Source of the DNA: Chrysomallon squamiferum
Taxonomy: Eukaryota > Animalia > Mollusca
Assembly: GCA_012295275.1 (NCBI GenBank)
Contig: CM022665.1
Coordinates: forward strand, 39,866,001-39,930,000
DNA: 64,000 bases
Reading direction: 5' to 3'
Made by a program: the position numbers and the translations under genes. This document shows, one piece after another, positions 15,610 to 27,886 of the stretch. The first letter of the stretch is position 1. Every line of letters starts with the position of its first letter. Under the pieces are notes generated by a model. That model searched no databases. It saw only the letters and a list, made by a program, of their open reading frames with translations, and was not told the DNA's origin.

Positions 15610-16154
15610 AATCACCAGTGATATTTGAATTATGATAATTCTCTGATAAGCGATAATGTCATTTGGTTTTGCTTATCCTTTATTTGTCTTTGGATGAAGG
15701 GAATGGTATGTGAGTTTTGTGTAGAATTCCCGATACAACCGCGTTTTAGGTCAAACGTCTGAAATGGTATCTTATATCTATGAAAAAAAATTAAAGACTG
15801 CTATCAAACCAAAAAGGCCACATATTAATTACTGTCATTATTATCTACTAATAGTTTATTATTATTATTAATATATTTGTAATACTGCTTTATTAGTACT
15901 GCTGCTGCTACACAACAACAACTACTACTAATACTGCTATTATTGCTACTACTACAGTTACAACAATAACTACTACTTCTAATACTACAAATTCCATTAC
16001 TACTATGATTACTATATTACTATTTATTTATTTATTAATTTATTAATTAATTTTTAAAAATAGGACACTGAAAGGTTCCTTTATTTATTTATTATTATTA
16101 TTATTATCATCATTATTATTATTATTACTAATATTGTTATTATTATTATTAATA

Positions 16155-16186
<32 letters not shown>

Positions 16187-17572
16187 TATTATTATTATTA
16201 TTCAGATTTTTGTACCAAGATGGCCTATGTCATTTGTAACATTATGCAGCAGTATTGTGAAAGAAGAATTAAATTTCCATATGAAGAAAAAATCAATTAA
16301 CTTGTATGAGAAGAATACAAAATAGATGTTCACACAACCATTTTGACAATAATGTATTCCAACAAAGTGTAAAATTACAGGTGCTTAGAAATAACTTTAG
16401 GTATGATAAGAGTTTGAGAAATAAAGTATGTAAATGGACGGCATGTTATCTTTTGAAAGTATGCTAAGTAAGAGAAAAATATACGGATAAAAATATTAAA
16501 AATATATATATATTAAAAGTAAATAAATAAATAAATACAGTGGAATATTAGGTAATAGAAAATCTGAAAAAAGAAAATAATTATAACTTACATATAAAAC
16601 ATAGATGGATAGAAAATAAGAGAAAGATTTGGTGAAAACTTATTTTATTTCGAAATATGATCATAACGAAACGGTAAGGCTATGTATTATCTTGATGTCA
16701 TGATGTCATTATGTTAGTACGTTAAATGGTTGCAAGTATGTTATAAATTTAACAGAGCAGCTGTTATCACAAGAAACCATAACCCAAAGGCATCTATCAG
16801 TATGTTAATGTGATCGCGAGATAACAGAATTGTTCAAGTATGTCTGACGTGGTTACCTCTCTCTCTCTTCGTCCAAACCAGACGACATATGGAACTGATT
16901 CCCGCTGTTTTTCATAGTGTTTCAGGCAACAACCGTAACGCGGATACTTAATTAAAGCCCAGCCTTCCCATCTCGTTCTTTAAACACCCTTGGAACAGGA
17001 ACTCAAAAGCCCGTGCTGTTTAGAAGTACTAAAAATATTAATGTACGTACGAACACACTGTGACGTTTTGCAAAAATTTATGACGTTCAGAAATTACAGA
17101 TGGCTCTTCAGAAAATTCTCGGTCGTTGTACTTTATTTAATGAAACAAAACAAAAACTGTAGGTGCGACCAGAAACTAATTATCTACGTTGACTGAGATC
17201 CCACGTGTTTTCTCTTTCATCGCGAGGTAGAAAAAAAAAAAAAAAAAAAAAATCCTTGGTAGTTTTATAGACGTCATTTTCGTGGTTACGTCAATGCTCG
17301 GCAATTTACGTAAACTCGTAAGAGTTACACGAACACACCAGGACGCACATGCAGCCGGCTCGCAGTAACCAAGTCGTTTGTTATTTCGGTCAAGTCGCTG
17401 GCAATCAGAAATTCCATTAATTTTATCTTGGCAGGTTGCTCGATCGCGAACACGACTGGTGAACCAACAACTAGTTTTGTACTTGAGTAATTTCAAGTGC
17501 GAGACGGGGTTAAGTCTTCAGTCTTTGAGGATTGTATCGTCCAGGATCGCATCCTTGTATGAACTCTTATCC

Positions 17573-17614
<42 letters not shown>

Positions 17615-18150
17615 AATAATAATGTGATATTTCTATAATTTTTTTTTTTTTCTTGCTAATCCAATAATTATTAACCCTAACACCGATTAGTGTTGATAAT
17701 ACAGTTCCTTTGTAACACAATAACCAAAGCAGACCTACTTCATACAGAAACACAGTAACAGATTCACTCGATGATATTGTTGATAGTATTAAGATATTGC
17801 TATCTGTAGAAAAATTATAATTAATATAACTCATTTACAATAATAAAAATACTATTTAAAAGGTTTTAGAATGTATAGTTTAAACGAAAGATTTTGTTTA
17901 ACAACACGTCTATACTAATTTAATAACAAAAATTTACTTGGAGTCAGTTACACGTTTTTGTACAACAACAACTACAACAACTACAACACTATACAAAAGA
18001 ATGCTATCACCACATGTACTGACTGACAGCAAGAGATAAGATACAAAAATCTCCCCCAAAAGACAGCAAAATCTCAAACCATAAACTTTCAAACATTTTT
18101 CGTGCCAACGAAAAACGCCCCAACAGGATCGATCCCGCAAACGACATCGC

Positions 18151-18241
<91 letters not shown>

Positions 18242-19346
18242 GTTTCTAGCTTTATATTCACGCTAACACCATTAACACAACACAAACCACTGTTAAAACA
18301 CGTTCTAGCCACTTTTACTTTTAAGCTGCAAAACCTTCTCTGCATATAAATCTGGCTATTATAATTATTTTTATATTCCACTGCTCGGTTCAATCTTACA
18401 CCAAGTAAATTGAGATCTCGGCCATTGCCTGCTTATTTCAGCAGCTATATATCTGAATAGAAGCTGACAGACGTACTTCATCACGCTTCTCTTTCTGAGG
18501 AAATCAGTGGCGGAACCGGAGGACAAGAAGAAGTAGGAGAAACGTCAGTTAGGGTTGAGTGATTCAGAAACAAAGAAACGACGCTGACCGGGGAGAGTAA
18601 ATAATTATTTATGTCAGTGACAAAGGAGGACGTAAGTAGGAGTAGGTGTTACAATGAATAAAACGTCATCACGTTGACTTGTTGATTTTTTTTTTTTTTT
18701 TTTTGTTATTTATTTATTTATTGTTTTTTTCTCTCTTCCTGCTAATTAGGATTGGGATTAAGAAAGATAATGATAACGTTAAGTTAAGAAAAATATAAAG
18801 TGATATTAATATATATATATATATATAATGTGGAGTTAAAATATATATATATATAAAAGTTAAGAAATATATTAACTAAGGTTAAGAAAGACATAAAATG
18901 ATATTCATATATATATATATATATTATGTGGAGTTAAAATATATAATGTGAAGCTAAGAATGATATAAAGTAAGGTTAAAATAGGTATAAAGTGAATTTA
19001 AGAGATACAAAGTGATATTTAAACAGATATAACGTTAAGAAAGATACAACGCGAGGTTAAGAAAGATATAAAGTAAATAATCATAGAATAAATTTTGAGA
19101 TAGAAAAATGTATGTCATATAAGCTAAGAAAGATATAATGTAAGGTTAAAGACAGAATATAATTTAATGTGAGGTTAATAAAGATATAACATGGGGTTAA
19201 GAAAGATGTTATTTCATGTAACCCCAGTGATAACAAATATGAAATAATATTAATGCTAATATACTGAGTTAATATAGTGAGGATAGCCGTATCAGTCATC
19301 TTGTCCTGAACGAAGACGCGATCCCTGTACATACACAAATACCCCC

Positions 19347-19404
<58 letters not shown>

Positions 19405-19823
19405 TACATACCCCCAGCACACACATACACAGACATACAAAAAATAAACACACAAAAAATAAATATATATAAAAAAAACGATGACAAATAAAAGTTTTTT
19501 TTCATGTGAGTCAGCAATATTCGTATCACCTCCTTCCTGCCTTGAGGAATTCTAAAGCCCACGATACTACACAAGTTTATACTTTTTGCTTATATCAAAG
19601 AGGTCGCCCGTGGTCAAATGCTAACTGACACGTTTATGCATCATTTGACACGTTTAAGACAGATTACTTCGACAATATATAAATGATTGTACGAAGCCTG
19701 AAACCACGAGAAGTAATAACAGCTACTGTTAATAATTCCTGATGATCCTGTACCACAGATACCAGTCTAACAGTGTAAAGTTATATACATACTTACATAC
19801 ATAGATACACCTACATACACACA

Positions 19824-19859
<36 letters not shown>

Positions 19860-19927
19860 TATACACACACACAAAAATAAATAAATATATAGATATTCAT
19901 AAAAACGTAGATACTACATACACACAC

Positions 19928-19976
<49 letters not shown>

Positions 19977-22101
19977 AATAAATAAACATACGTATAAATA
20001 TACAGACATTCATAAAAAAAAGTAGATACTAGATACAAACAGACAAAATAAATCTATGTACATGTACAAACATATATACAAAACAAATACACACATACAT
20101 ACATACATATAAGCAAATGTAAAAAAGAAATAATTACATATAGACACACAGGTACCTACATACCATACGTAAATCTAAAATGGACATACATACTCACATA
20201 CACAGATACAAACCAACCATTCAAACATTCACGCAAATATACAAACACACATACACATAGAACATACATAATAAACATATCATCAACAAATATTTGTTCT
20301 GTAAATCTGTGTTGATCTGAAGAATCTGACTCTTCATCTTCAAGTAAAGATTCTTCTTAAATCTATTTCAGTGCAGAAATTTTTAAATTTTTAATTTAAA
20401 AAAAAAAAATCCTCTGAATAAAAGAACCTTTTTTTCAGACGTTACTTTACTACACATTTGGCTCTCATTCAAATAATAATAAATGGCTTTGAAATATTCA
20501 GGACTGTAAAGCAATGAAACGGTGGCAAAAAAACTAACTTGGTAATTACGTCTGTCAACTGAAACACACTGATTGTCAAAAATATCGCACTGGAGCGCTC
20601 GTTAATCGATACAAAATCATTTTTGAGCAGAATGGTGTGTTTTCAAATGGTGCAAGTGTAGCTGGTGTCACATATATATTTGACTAAGTCTATAGATAGA
20701 TAATTTACTATTAACGTCCAGATGGCCATCAATGGCCATGATCAGTCTTTATCACCACTCGCCAATGATTTTCTCATCTTTACCTGAGATAAGTCCAGAT
20801 AAAGACCTGTTTGATCTTTTCTGACTCACAAATAAAAATGATGTCAGTTTTGAAATAGCTGACGACAGTTGACTTTATTTCTATTCAGCTGTTTCTAAAG
20901 ACAATAAATCTGAATACATATGTTTGAAAGTTTGTATATATAATTATCTTTGTAATCCAGATGATAGTAAACCGTATTATTGTTATTTCTGTGGGTTTTT
21001 TTGTTGTTTTTTTGTTGCTGCTGTTGTTGTTGTTGTTGAAGAAGAAGAAGAAGAAGAAGAACAACAACAACAACAACTAGTACTACTACTACTACTACTA
21101 CTACTATTATTATTATTATTATTATGATTATTATTATTATTATTATTATTATTTGCTGTTATACAAAATATCATGTTTCTAAGTGTAGTAATGCAGATAT
21201 GCTGAACGAGGTGCAGGAAAACAAGAAGCTAAAATTTTCTCGACTGATTCCCTTTAAATCATTGCACTCAAGATCTGTATGATATACATAAACAACGGGA
21301 AAGTTATACGCATTTATCAGTCTACTGTTAACAATTATCTAGTCTAGAATTATCTTTCTTTGCGTTCCTGAATTGAAAAAGTATTTTCTAACACCAGAAC
21401 TGGCTACAATTAGACACCATTAAAAAGATCATGATCAAACTCAGTTGAAGGTATATACGTCTTTATCTTTATTTTGCTAGTAACTGTCTCGTCTAATCTT
21501 ATTTTTGTTTTCAAATGTATATTCAAAACACTGTGTATTCTCTTATTATATATTTCAAACAGAAGACACACCATTATCAGTCATGAAGTTTATTATTTGA
21601 ATTATAAACACTGGAAAAGCTATACGTTTTTTATCGTAATTCTTGATAGTTAATATATCTGCTGCCTTCTTTTCGTATCAACGAATTGAAAATATGTTTA
21701 TCAAACACCGCGAAAGGCCACAAAGTACGTGAGTATTATAATGTATGACTTTATCAGTATGACGATAGCGTATCGTTTAATTCCATCTGCTTTAAAGTGC
21801 GTGAATTCAGAATCTGTTTATCAAACGCCGGAACAGACAACAGTTTTAAAAGTACATTGCCATGAACTAATATGTCATAAAGGGAAATTATGTTAAGTTT
21901 ATAAATACAAAACTTGCATTAAGACTGTTAGCAAATATTACCAGTGTTTTCCTATTAAATATATATAGTGAGAGATCAACTCCCTTTAAATACTTTTAAT
22001 AGTTTTATTAAATTTTAATTCACTGGAAAAAGCTGATGTCTAAACATCAGTGTGGTTTGTACGTATTTCGTCAAAAAAGATTCCCTGGAAATGGCGTTAA
22101 G

Positions 22102-22139
<38 letters not shown>

Positions 22140-23357
22140 TAATAATAATAATAATAATAAATAATAATAATAATCCAATAATCCGTGTAATAATAATAAT
22201 AAATACATATATATACTTATAGACAAACACACACAGAGACTCACACTCACGCACACACACACACACACGCACAAAACTTTTTATTAATTTACACTGTCAG
22301 CGATTTATTGCTTCTGAATTTATCACCAACAACGTTTCTCTTCAAAACGATAAATACAACGTCATATACGTCTGCTTCAAAATGAAACAACATTAACCCT
22401 TATCTATGCAAAACAGTCTCTTTAAATTCTTAAATTTCAAAAACACATAAATTATTTGAAACATTAATACAATCTATGTTAAATATGTCCAGACTCTGGA
22501 ATAAATTACATTTTTATGACTATTATCAAACAATTTAGGAAATACTGAACCCACTCAAATTCCTTTTATTTTAAAACGTGTGTTTGAAACATTAGAAACA
22601 TTAGAATGGAATAATTTTATCATCAACATATTTATTTAATCAAATAATGGTTATAATTCGTTTTTAATAAAATGTTTGTTTAAAACATTAGAATACAATG
22701 GATTTTTTTTAACAATATATAACAGTTATTAAGCTTTAATATATCAACAGTACAGCTTCAATTAAATCTATTTACATTTCCAAGTTTTAAAATCTGTTAT
22801 TAAAAAAATAATAATAATAATAATAAAAAAAACAAAAAAAACAACAAAAAAAAACGTGGATATCTTATCAGTGTTTAACTATTAAAAGTAACTGCCAGAC
22901 ATCTTTAAATCTTTAGCATGGTATTGTAAACAATATAACAGACTGCATTTCTAACACACGATGCTATCAAAAAAACAAAACAAAAAAACCCCAAAACCCT
23001 CAATAATAATTAAAAAAAAGAAAAAGAAAAAGAAACAAAAAAAAGTATAACATTAAACATATTATCTCTTCAGAAACTTTGTATTTAAAATTTGTGTTCC
23101 GGAGAATTTCGAACTATTGTACGTTCCTTTATCCCTCTGACGCTAGTGAATAAAACTAACTTATAACGTATTTTTATTGACCTACCTGCGTCATTAAGTC
23201 CGTTAATGTCCACCTGGACACTGGCTCTCCGCAGCATGGAACTCACGGCCGGCAGGTCATTCTCTTTGATGTTGTCCAAGAACACGAGCTCGTCTGGGAA
23301 GCGAACTTTAGGCTTGCATTTATTCTGCTTCGCTAGCAAACTGGCCCGTCTGCTCAT
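6306..23357 (-). CDS. PPP1R27: Protein phosphatase 1 regulatory subunit 27-like ankyrin-repeat protein, 179 aa, spliced CDS join(23186..23357,11486..11636,6306..6522)
   Basis: Spliced translation MSRRASLLAKQNKCKPKVRFPDELVFLDNIKENDLPAVSSMLRRASVQVDINGLNDAG/LTPLHQAVLDGNLGAVRLLISHGANVNKRDADFWTPLHAACAEGHADIAR/YLLKKGADSTALTEEGERPLDLCDPTDVDVISVMLRNQ...NGNT*. It has a KVRF (RVxF) PP1-docking motif followed by ankyrin repeats. All junctions are GT-AG and phases 1 and 2 are compatible (172+151+217=540 nt). Short length and layout match PPP1R27 rather than the longer PPP1R12/16. Confidence 0.88.
11486..11636 (-). CDS. PPP1R27: PPP1R27-like coding exon 2 (ankyrin repeats)
   Basis: acceptor TAG at 11637-11639; two TPLH ankyrin motifs; donor AG|GTTTGT at 11485. 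Confidence 0.92.
11638..12215. repeat. Compound (AAT/AGT)n trinucleotide microsatellite
   Basis: Continuous triplet repeats abutting the PPP1R27 exon 2 acceptor. Confidence 0.95.
12316..12594 (+). repeat. Long inverted repeat, left arm
   Basis: Reverse complement of 20319-20582 apart from scattered substitutions, poly-T length and one ~11-bp indel. Confidence 0.93.
12816..13020 (-). mobile_element. tRNA-derived SINE, copy 1
   Basis: Minus strand: A box TGGCCGAACGA, B box GTTCGAGTC (12959-12951), body GGTCGTGATTGGACTTTGTCC...AGTCTAATCA, followed by an (ACAT)n tail at 12721-12815; homologous to 49995-50190. Confidence 0.82.
13040..13116 (+). repeat. Short dispersed repeat, copy 1
   Basis: GTAATCATCGCTTCCTACGAA.CACGCCGTTCTTT..GTCTTTTGT.ATTTTTGCG shared with 48080-48156. 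Confidence 0.85.
13160..13218 (-). mobile_element. 5'-truncated fragment of the same SINE family
   Basis: ATGTACGTCTGATTAGACTCTGCAC is identical to 50021-50045. Confidence 0.7.
14484..14674. mobile_element. Degenerate MITE with GGGGCGGATCCAGG-type termini
   Basis: GGGGTGGATCCAGGG at left and CCCTCTTTT...TTCCTGGTTTCGTTCCTG at right; right TIR decayed. Confidence 0.4.
18765..19210. repeat. Degenerate ~22-23 bp minisatellite (AAGGTTAAGAAAGATATAA...)
   Basis: Recurring GTTAAGAAAGATATAA motif. Confidence 0.8.
20319..20582 (-). repeat. Long inverted repeat, right arm
   Basis: e.g. CAGACGTTACTTTACTACACATTTGGCTCTCATTCAAATAATAATAAATGGCTTTGA is the exact reverse complement of the left-arm segment near 12417-12473. 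Confidence 0.93.
23186..23357 (-). CDS. PPP1R27: PPP1R27-like coding exon 1 (ATG, RVxF motif)
   Basis: ATG at 23357; KPKVRFPDELVFLDNIKEND; donor G|GTAGGT at 23185. Confidence 0.9.
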
Positions 23358-23699
23358 TTTTGTTTGTAATTTTAGTTTCTTTGTGACAGTAATCCTGTCA
23401 AACAAGAAAATTATTTTTTTTATGTTCGTTTTTCGTATTCTGATTGCTCCAGACCACGTCAGTCGTTTTCTTGTCTCTCTTACTTTTTTTTTTTTTTTTT
23501 CTTCTTCTTCTTTTTGTTCTAGTTATTTTACTCTATGTTTATGGATTGTTTTCCGGTTGTTTTTTTTTTTTTTGTCGTTGTTAAATCGACAAATAGATTT
23601 AATTAAATGGTTTCAAGTTATATGCAGCTGTGCTGTAACGTTTTACTCCTTCGAAGTATGGATCTCGCCTCCAACTGTATAACATGCCTTATTAATTAC

Positions 23700-24520
23700 G
23701 GCAGTTTTCTTTGCTGCTTGTGAAAACTTGTATCGTTTGAAAAAGTTTCAAAAAAACAGATGCTCAGATAGTAAATCTGTCTTGTAGTGCATGCGCTGTG
23801 GCTGGGAATCTCTGTGGTTTTTTATTACCGGAACTGTGAGGCACGAAACAATAGGCAAAAACAGTATACAAAACTCAATTAACACTTTATAACATTTCTC
23901 TGCACCATCGTCACGTTTTTCGGCCTTTCTCGGTCTGTCAGTTTCTCACAAAACGACTGCACGAAAACACCAGAGTCGGTAATATGAAACGTTTTTTTTT
24001 TGTTCTTGTCCCAAAAAAATTCTCAGTCGGTCGAAGACTTTCGTAACATTCAGTGCATTAAAACAAAGTTCCTTCACTCTTCGAATCTTTCCTTCCTTCG
24101 TCCAAACAACATAACGGAACAGCAGCAGCGGTCGAGAGTTGGAAGAATTATGTGCAAGCATCCGCGGGCCAGTGGCATCCAATGGTGTTTCTCCGTGTGT
24201 GCGGATCAGTAACGGCCAGCATCGCCTGAAAAGAAATTCAATACGTCTACACAAGAAGAAACAAGATAGCTTCCGAGAAGATCGCGCGGGTTCTGTGTTT
24301 ACACCGTAATGTTCTGCAATGATCTGGGAGAGGCCGGGAAGGGCGTGTGTCTGTGTGTGTGTGTCTCTGTGTGTGTGAGTGTGTTTGAGTGTGTGTCTAT
24401 GTTGTTTTTGTGAGTTTCTGCACGAGGAAGACCAGCTAGAAGGTCAGAGGTCGTTGCGAATCTGTGTGTGTAAACACGGATGGTTTAATCGCGATGTCTG
24501 TGGTTGAAGGCATGGATACA
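23700..24520 (-). promoter_or_regulatory. CpG-rich block upstream of the PPP1R27 ATG: probable promoter / 5'UTR
   Basis: Non-repetitive, GC- and CpG-enriched relative to flanks; lies directly 5' of the gene; no convincing protein ORF. Confidence 0.4.
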
Positions 24521-24580
24521 GATAGCTACGTTGTTTTATTGGATTAAGATATTCCCCGTGGCCCTGTTTGTAAGCGCCTG

Positions 24581-24611
<31 letters not shown>

Positions 24612-25429
24612 AAAGAAAGAAAGAAAGAAAAAAAGATGCCTGTGTTTTGTGGATGATCAGGATTTTGCTTAATGGACAGATTTTTGCAATAAACTGTGTT
24701 TGAACTGTATATGAAATGGTGAAAATAGATTAAAGTAGTAATTGTGTTTTCTTTTAACAATAATTGTTGAGATAATATTTATGACAGAAAAAAAAAAAAA
24801 AAAAGACAGTAATGTAGAGACCTATTTATTAACAAAAGGATGATTTAACATTCTAATGAGTGTGTGTGTGTGTGTGTGTGTGTATTTGTTAAAATAACAT
24901 TTAATCATGTTTATCAAAACATGGACAAAAAACGTTTCTATTTATTATTACTATATCCATTTACTTTTAACGACATCCGTAATCTCTAGCCCACGTAATT
25001 AATTTTCATTAACTATTCATTTTTTCTTATTAACCGAAGTTCTAAACATCTGAACTATATATGTATAGCTAATTATTCAATTTCACTGAAACACGTTAAT
25101 GAAACGTTAACCTAATTATACATTATTAATTATGGGAAATTAATCGCGGTTTGTAAATGTATTTAACCATCACACTCTGAAGAGAACCGAGGCTCACGTG
25201 ACAGTTCGCGAGATCTCGTCGCCTTGATGGATTTTCAAAATAATTTCTCGTTACAGCTAAACCCTTCAGATTTTTATGATGATAATGACAATGATTGCGA
25301 TGATGATGATGATGATGATGATGATGATATAATAATAATAATAAAATTTAAAACCTCCATAATTTGAGAATATTTGTTTTATCTCCAAACTGGTGAAAAA
25401 ATATTTTACATTTAGAGATAATTACAATA

Positions 25430-25955
25430 ATAAATAAAATAAAATAAAATAAAATAAAATAAAATAAAATAAAATAAAGTAAAGTAAAGTAAAGTAAAGT
25501 AAAGTAAAGTAAAGTAATGTAAAGTAAAGTAACGTAAAGTAATGTAAAGTAATGTAAAGTAAAGTAATATAAAGTAATGTAAAGTAATGTAAAGTAAAGT
25601 AATGTAAAGTAAAGTAATGTAAAGTAAAGTAAAGTAATATAAAGTAAAGTAAAGTAAAGTAAAGTAAAAATAAATGTAATGTAATGTAATGTAAAAAGTA
25701 AAGTAAAGTAATGTAATGTAAAAAAAGTAAAGTAAAGTAAAATAATGTAACGTAAAGTGAAATAAAGTAAAATAAAGTTAAATTACAATGTAATGTAATT
25801 TAAAGTAAAGTAAAATAAAGTAAAGTAAAGTAAAGTAGGGTAAAGTAATGTAACGTGAAGCAAAATAAAGTAAAATAAATGTGAAGTAAAATAAAGTAAA
25901 GTAAACTAAAATTAAATAAAATTAAATAAAATTAAATATAATTAAATTAAATTAG
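25430..25955. repeat. Pentanucleotide satellite with variant units (AAAAT, AAAGT, AATGT, AAATT)
   Basis: Direct reading. Confidence 0.95.
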
Positions 25956-26254
25956 TAAACACATACATATATATAAAAATAATTCGACATTTTAAATGCA
26001 CATAACACAGACACAGGCAGACACACACACACACACTTAATAAACATATCTTAATAAATACATATATTAATGTCAGTATAGTATACATGTACTACACATT
26101 TAGTAAATTAAATGACTTTAATATATATTTATTTATTCAGTAAATGGCTTTTATTACGTAATTGAATTTTTATATCTTTTATTATAATTTTTTTGAATGT
26201 ATTTATTAACTCAGTTTGGAACACGCACACACACACACACATACATACACACAG

Positions 26255-26462
26255 CCACATACACAGACTGCTACAAAACACAGACTACTAACACAACGGT
26301 GTTTGTATTTACGCATGTATGTATTTATGTGGGTGGGTGAGGGTGTATATACATGTATATATATATATATATGTGGGTGGGTGTGGGTGTATATGTGTAT
26401 GTATGTGACAAGCATCCTGAGTAAACTCAGATAAGACAACAAAGCTATATTTGAAAACACGT
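26255..26462 (+). repeat. Dispersed direct repeat, copy 1
   Basis: 52-bp core 26411-26462 identical to 34246-34297; upstream CTACAAAACACA and TATTTACGCATGTATGTAT...GGTGGGTGAGGGT also shared. Confidence 0.9.
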
Positions 26463-26569
26463 AAGCTTAAGCCGCGCTCTCTGTACTAACGTGTCAGATA
26501 ATGAAAACAGATAAGCAGTTCGGATTCCTCACTGGAGATTTCATTACGAAACATGAACATCAGTGAGTT

Positions 26570-26945
26570 ACAACATTTGACCACGAATAGGGCGCACAGT
26601 TATGTTGAACGTCGCTGCTGTTATGAATTATTTTAAGGTCATTTGTATTATAACATTTGAACGTCAATGGCGTAACATTTGAACGTCGATGGTGCAGTTA
26701 TGTTGAACGTCCCTGCTGTTATATTGTAAATTATTTGAAGGTAATGTCTGTGGCGTCAATGGCGTTGACATCTGAACAAGAATGGTGCTGTTATGTTGAA
26801 CGTCACTGCTGTTATACACTATTTTAAGGTCCTTTCTGATATAAACATTGGAACGTCGATAGATTTCTAATGTTTGAACGTCAGTGACCGTCTGAAGGTC
26901 ATTTATGTTAAATCATTAGAACGTCAACGGCTTTATAGTTAAACG
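26570..26945. repeat. ~95-bp tandem repeat built from ~21-bp TGAACGTC subunits
   Basis: GTTATGTTGAACGTC.CTGCTGTTAT at ~26599, ~26697, ~26790. Confidence 0.85.
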
Positions 26946-27046
26946 ATAATTCCGTTGTAAAGTTCTTGACATAAAATAAGGTTATTATAAGAATAAATCT
27001 GATACCACATTTTAAAGTTATTTTTGATTTAAAATGCTTACCTTTA

Positions 27047-27081
<35 letters not shown>

Positions 27082-27359
27082 TATAGTTAAACAAAAATAA
27101 CAAATACAATGTCTGACTACGCAGTAGTGTTAGTAAATACAAAATTACCTATAATACCTATCTGCCTACTTGTTAGCACACGTACACACAGACAGACTTG
27201 TATACAAAAACATACTTATACATACACACACATCTTCCATATTCCGTCCATTTATTCATCCATCCATCCGTCCATCTATTCATACATAGAGTTAGACAGA
27301 CAAACACACACATATATACACATACATACGTACAGACCACCCATCACTCCATCTATCAC

Positions 27360-27409
<50 letters not shown>

Positions 27410-27855
27410 CCCAAACAAACACAAAGACAAACACACACACATACAAATATTTCTAAGTAAAATGACTTACCGATAAGGTTATCGCGTAGAACATTAACTA
27501 AAAAACAGATCGGAGATCGGAGAAAGAAAAAAAAAAAAAAAAAAAAAACTGTATCAAGCCGGAAAATGCTTGAGGGTAATAATAAAGAAATGAACTGTGG
27601 TCTATTCCGCGGCACGTACTTTCACAAAACACTAATATTGTCACACAACGTGTCACTGTGTGTCGCTAAACAATAAACATGTTTACGTCATGTCGTTGAT
27701 TAAAGCGACATTTGTGTAAATTATATGTACGCGAACAAACTGGAGATAGAGAAGTACTCGTGTTTAAATTACACATATTTTTGATGTTGTTGTTGTTGTT
27801 ATTACTGACTTTGGGAACAACAACAGTTATAGCAGAAACAGAGAATACGTTATTG

Positions 27856-27886
<31 letters not shown>

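Noticed and set aside
12600-20310. Transposase gene between the long inverted repeats
   Set aside because: No long ORF or DDE/HTH-like translation visible in any frame
23946-24254. 102-aa minus-strand ORF upstream of PPP1R27 as an extra coding exon
   Set aside because: No ATG start, no recognisable similarity, and the PPP1R27-like protein is already complete from ATG 23357
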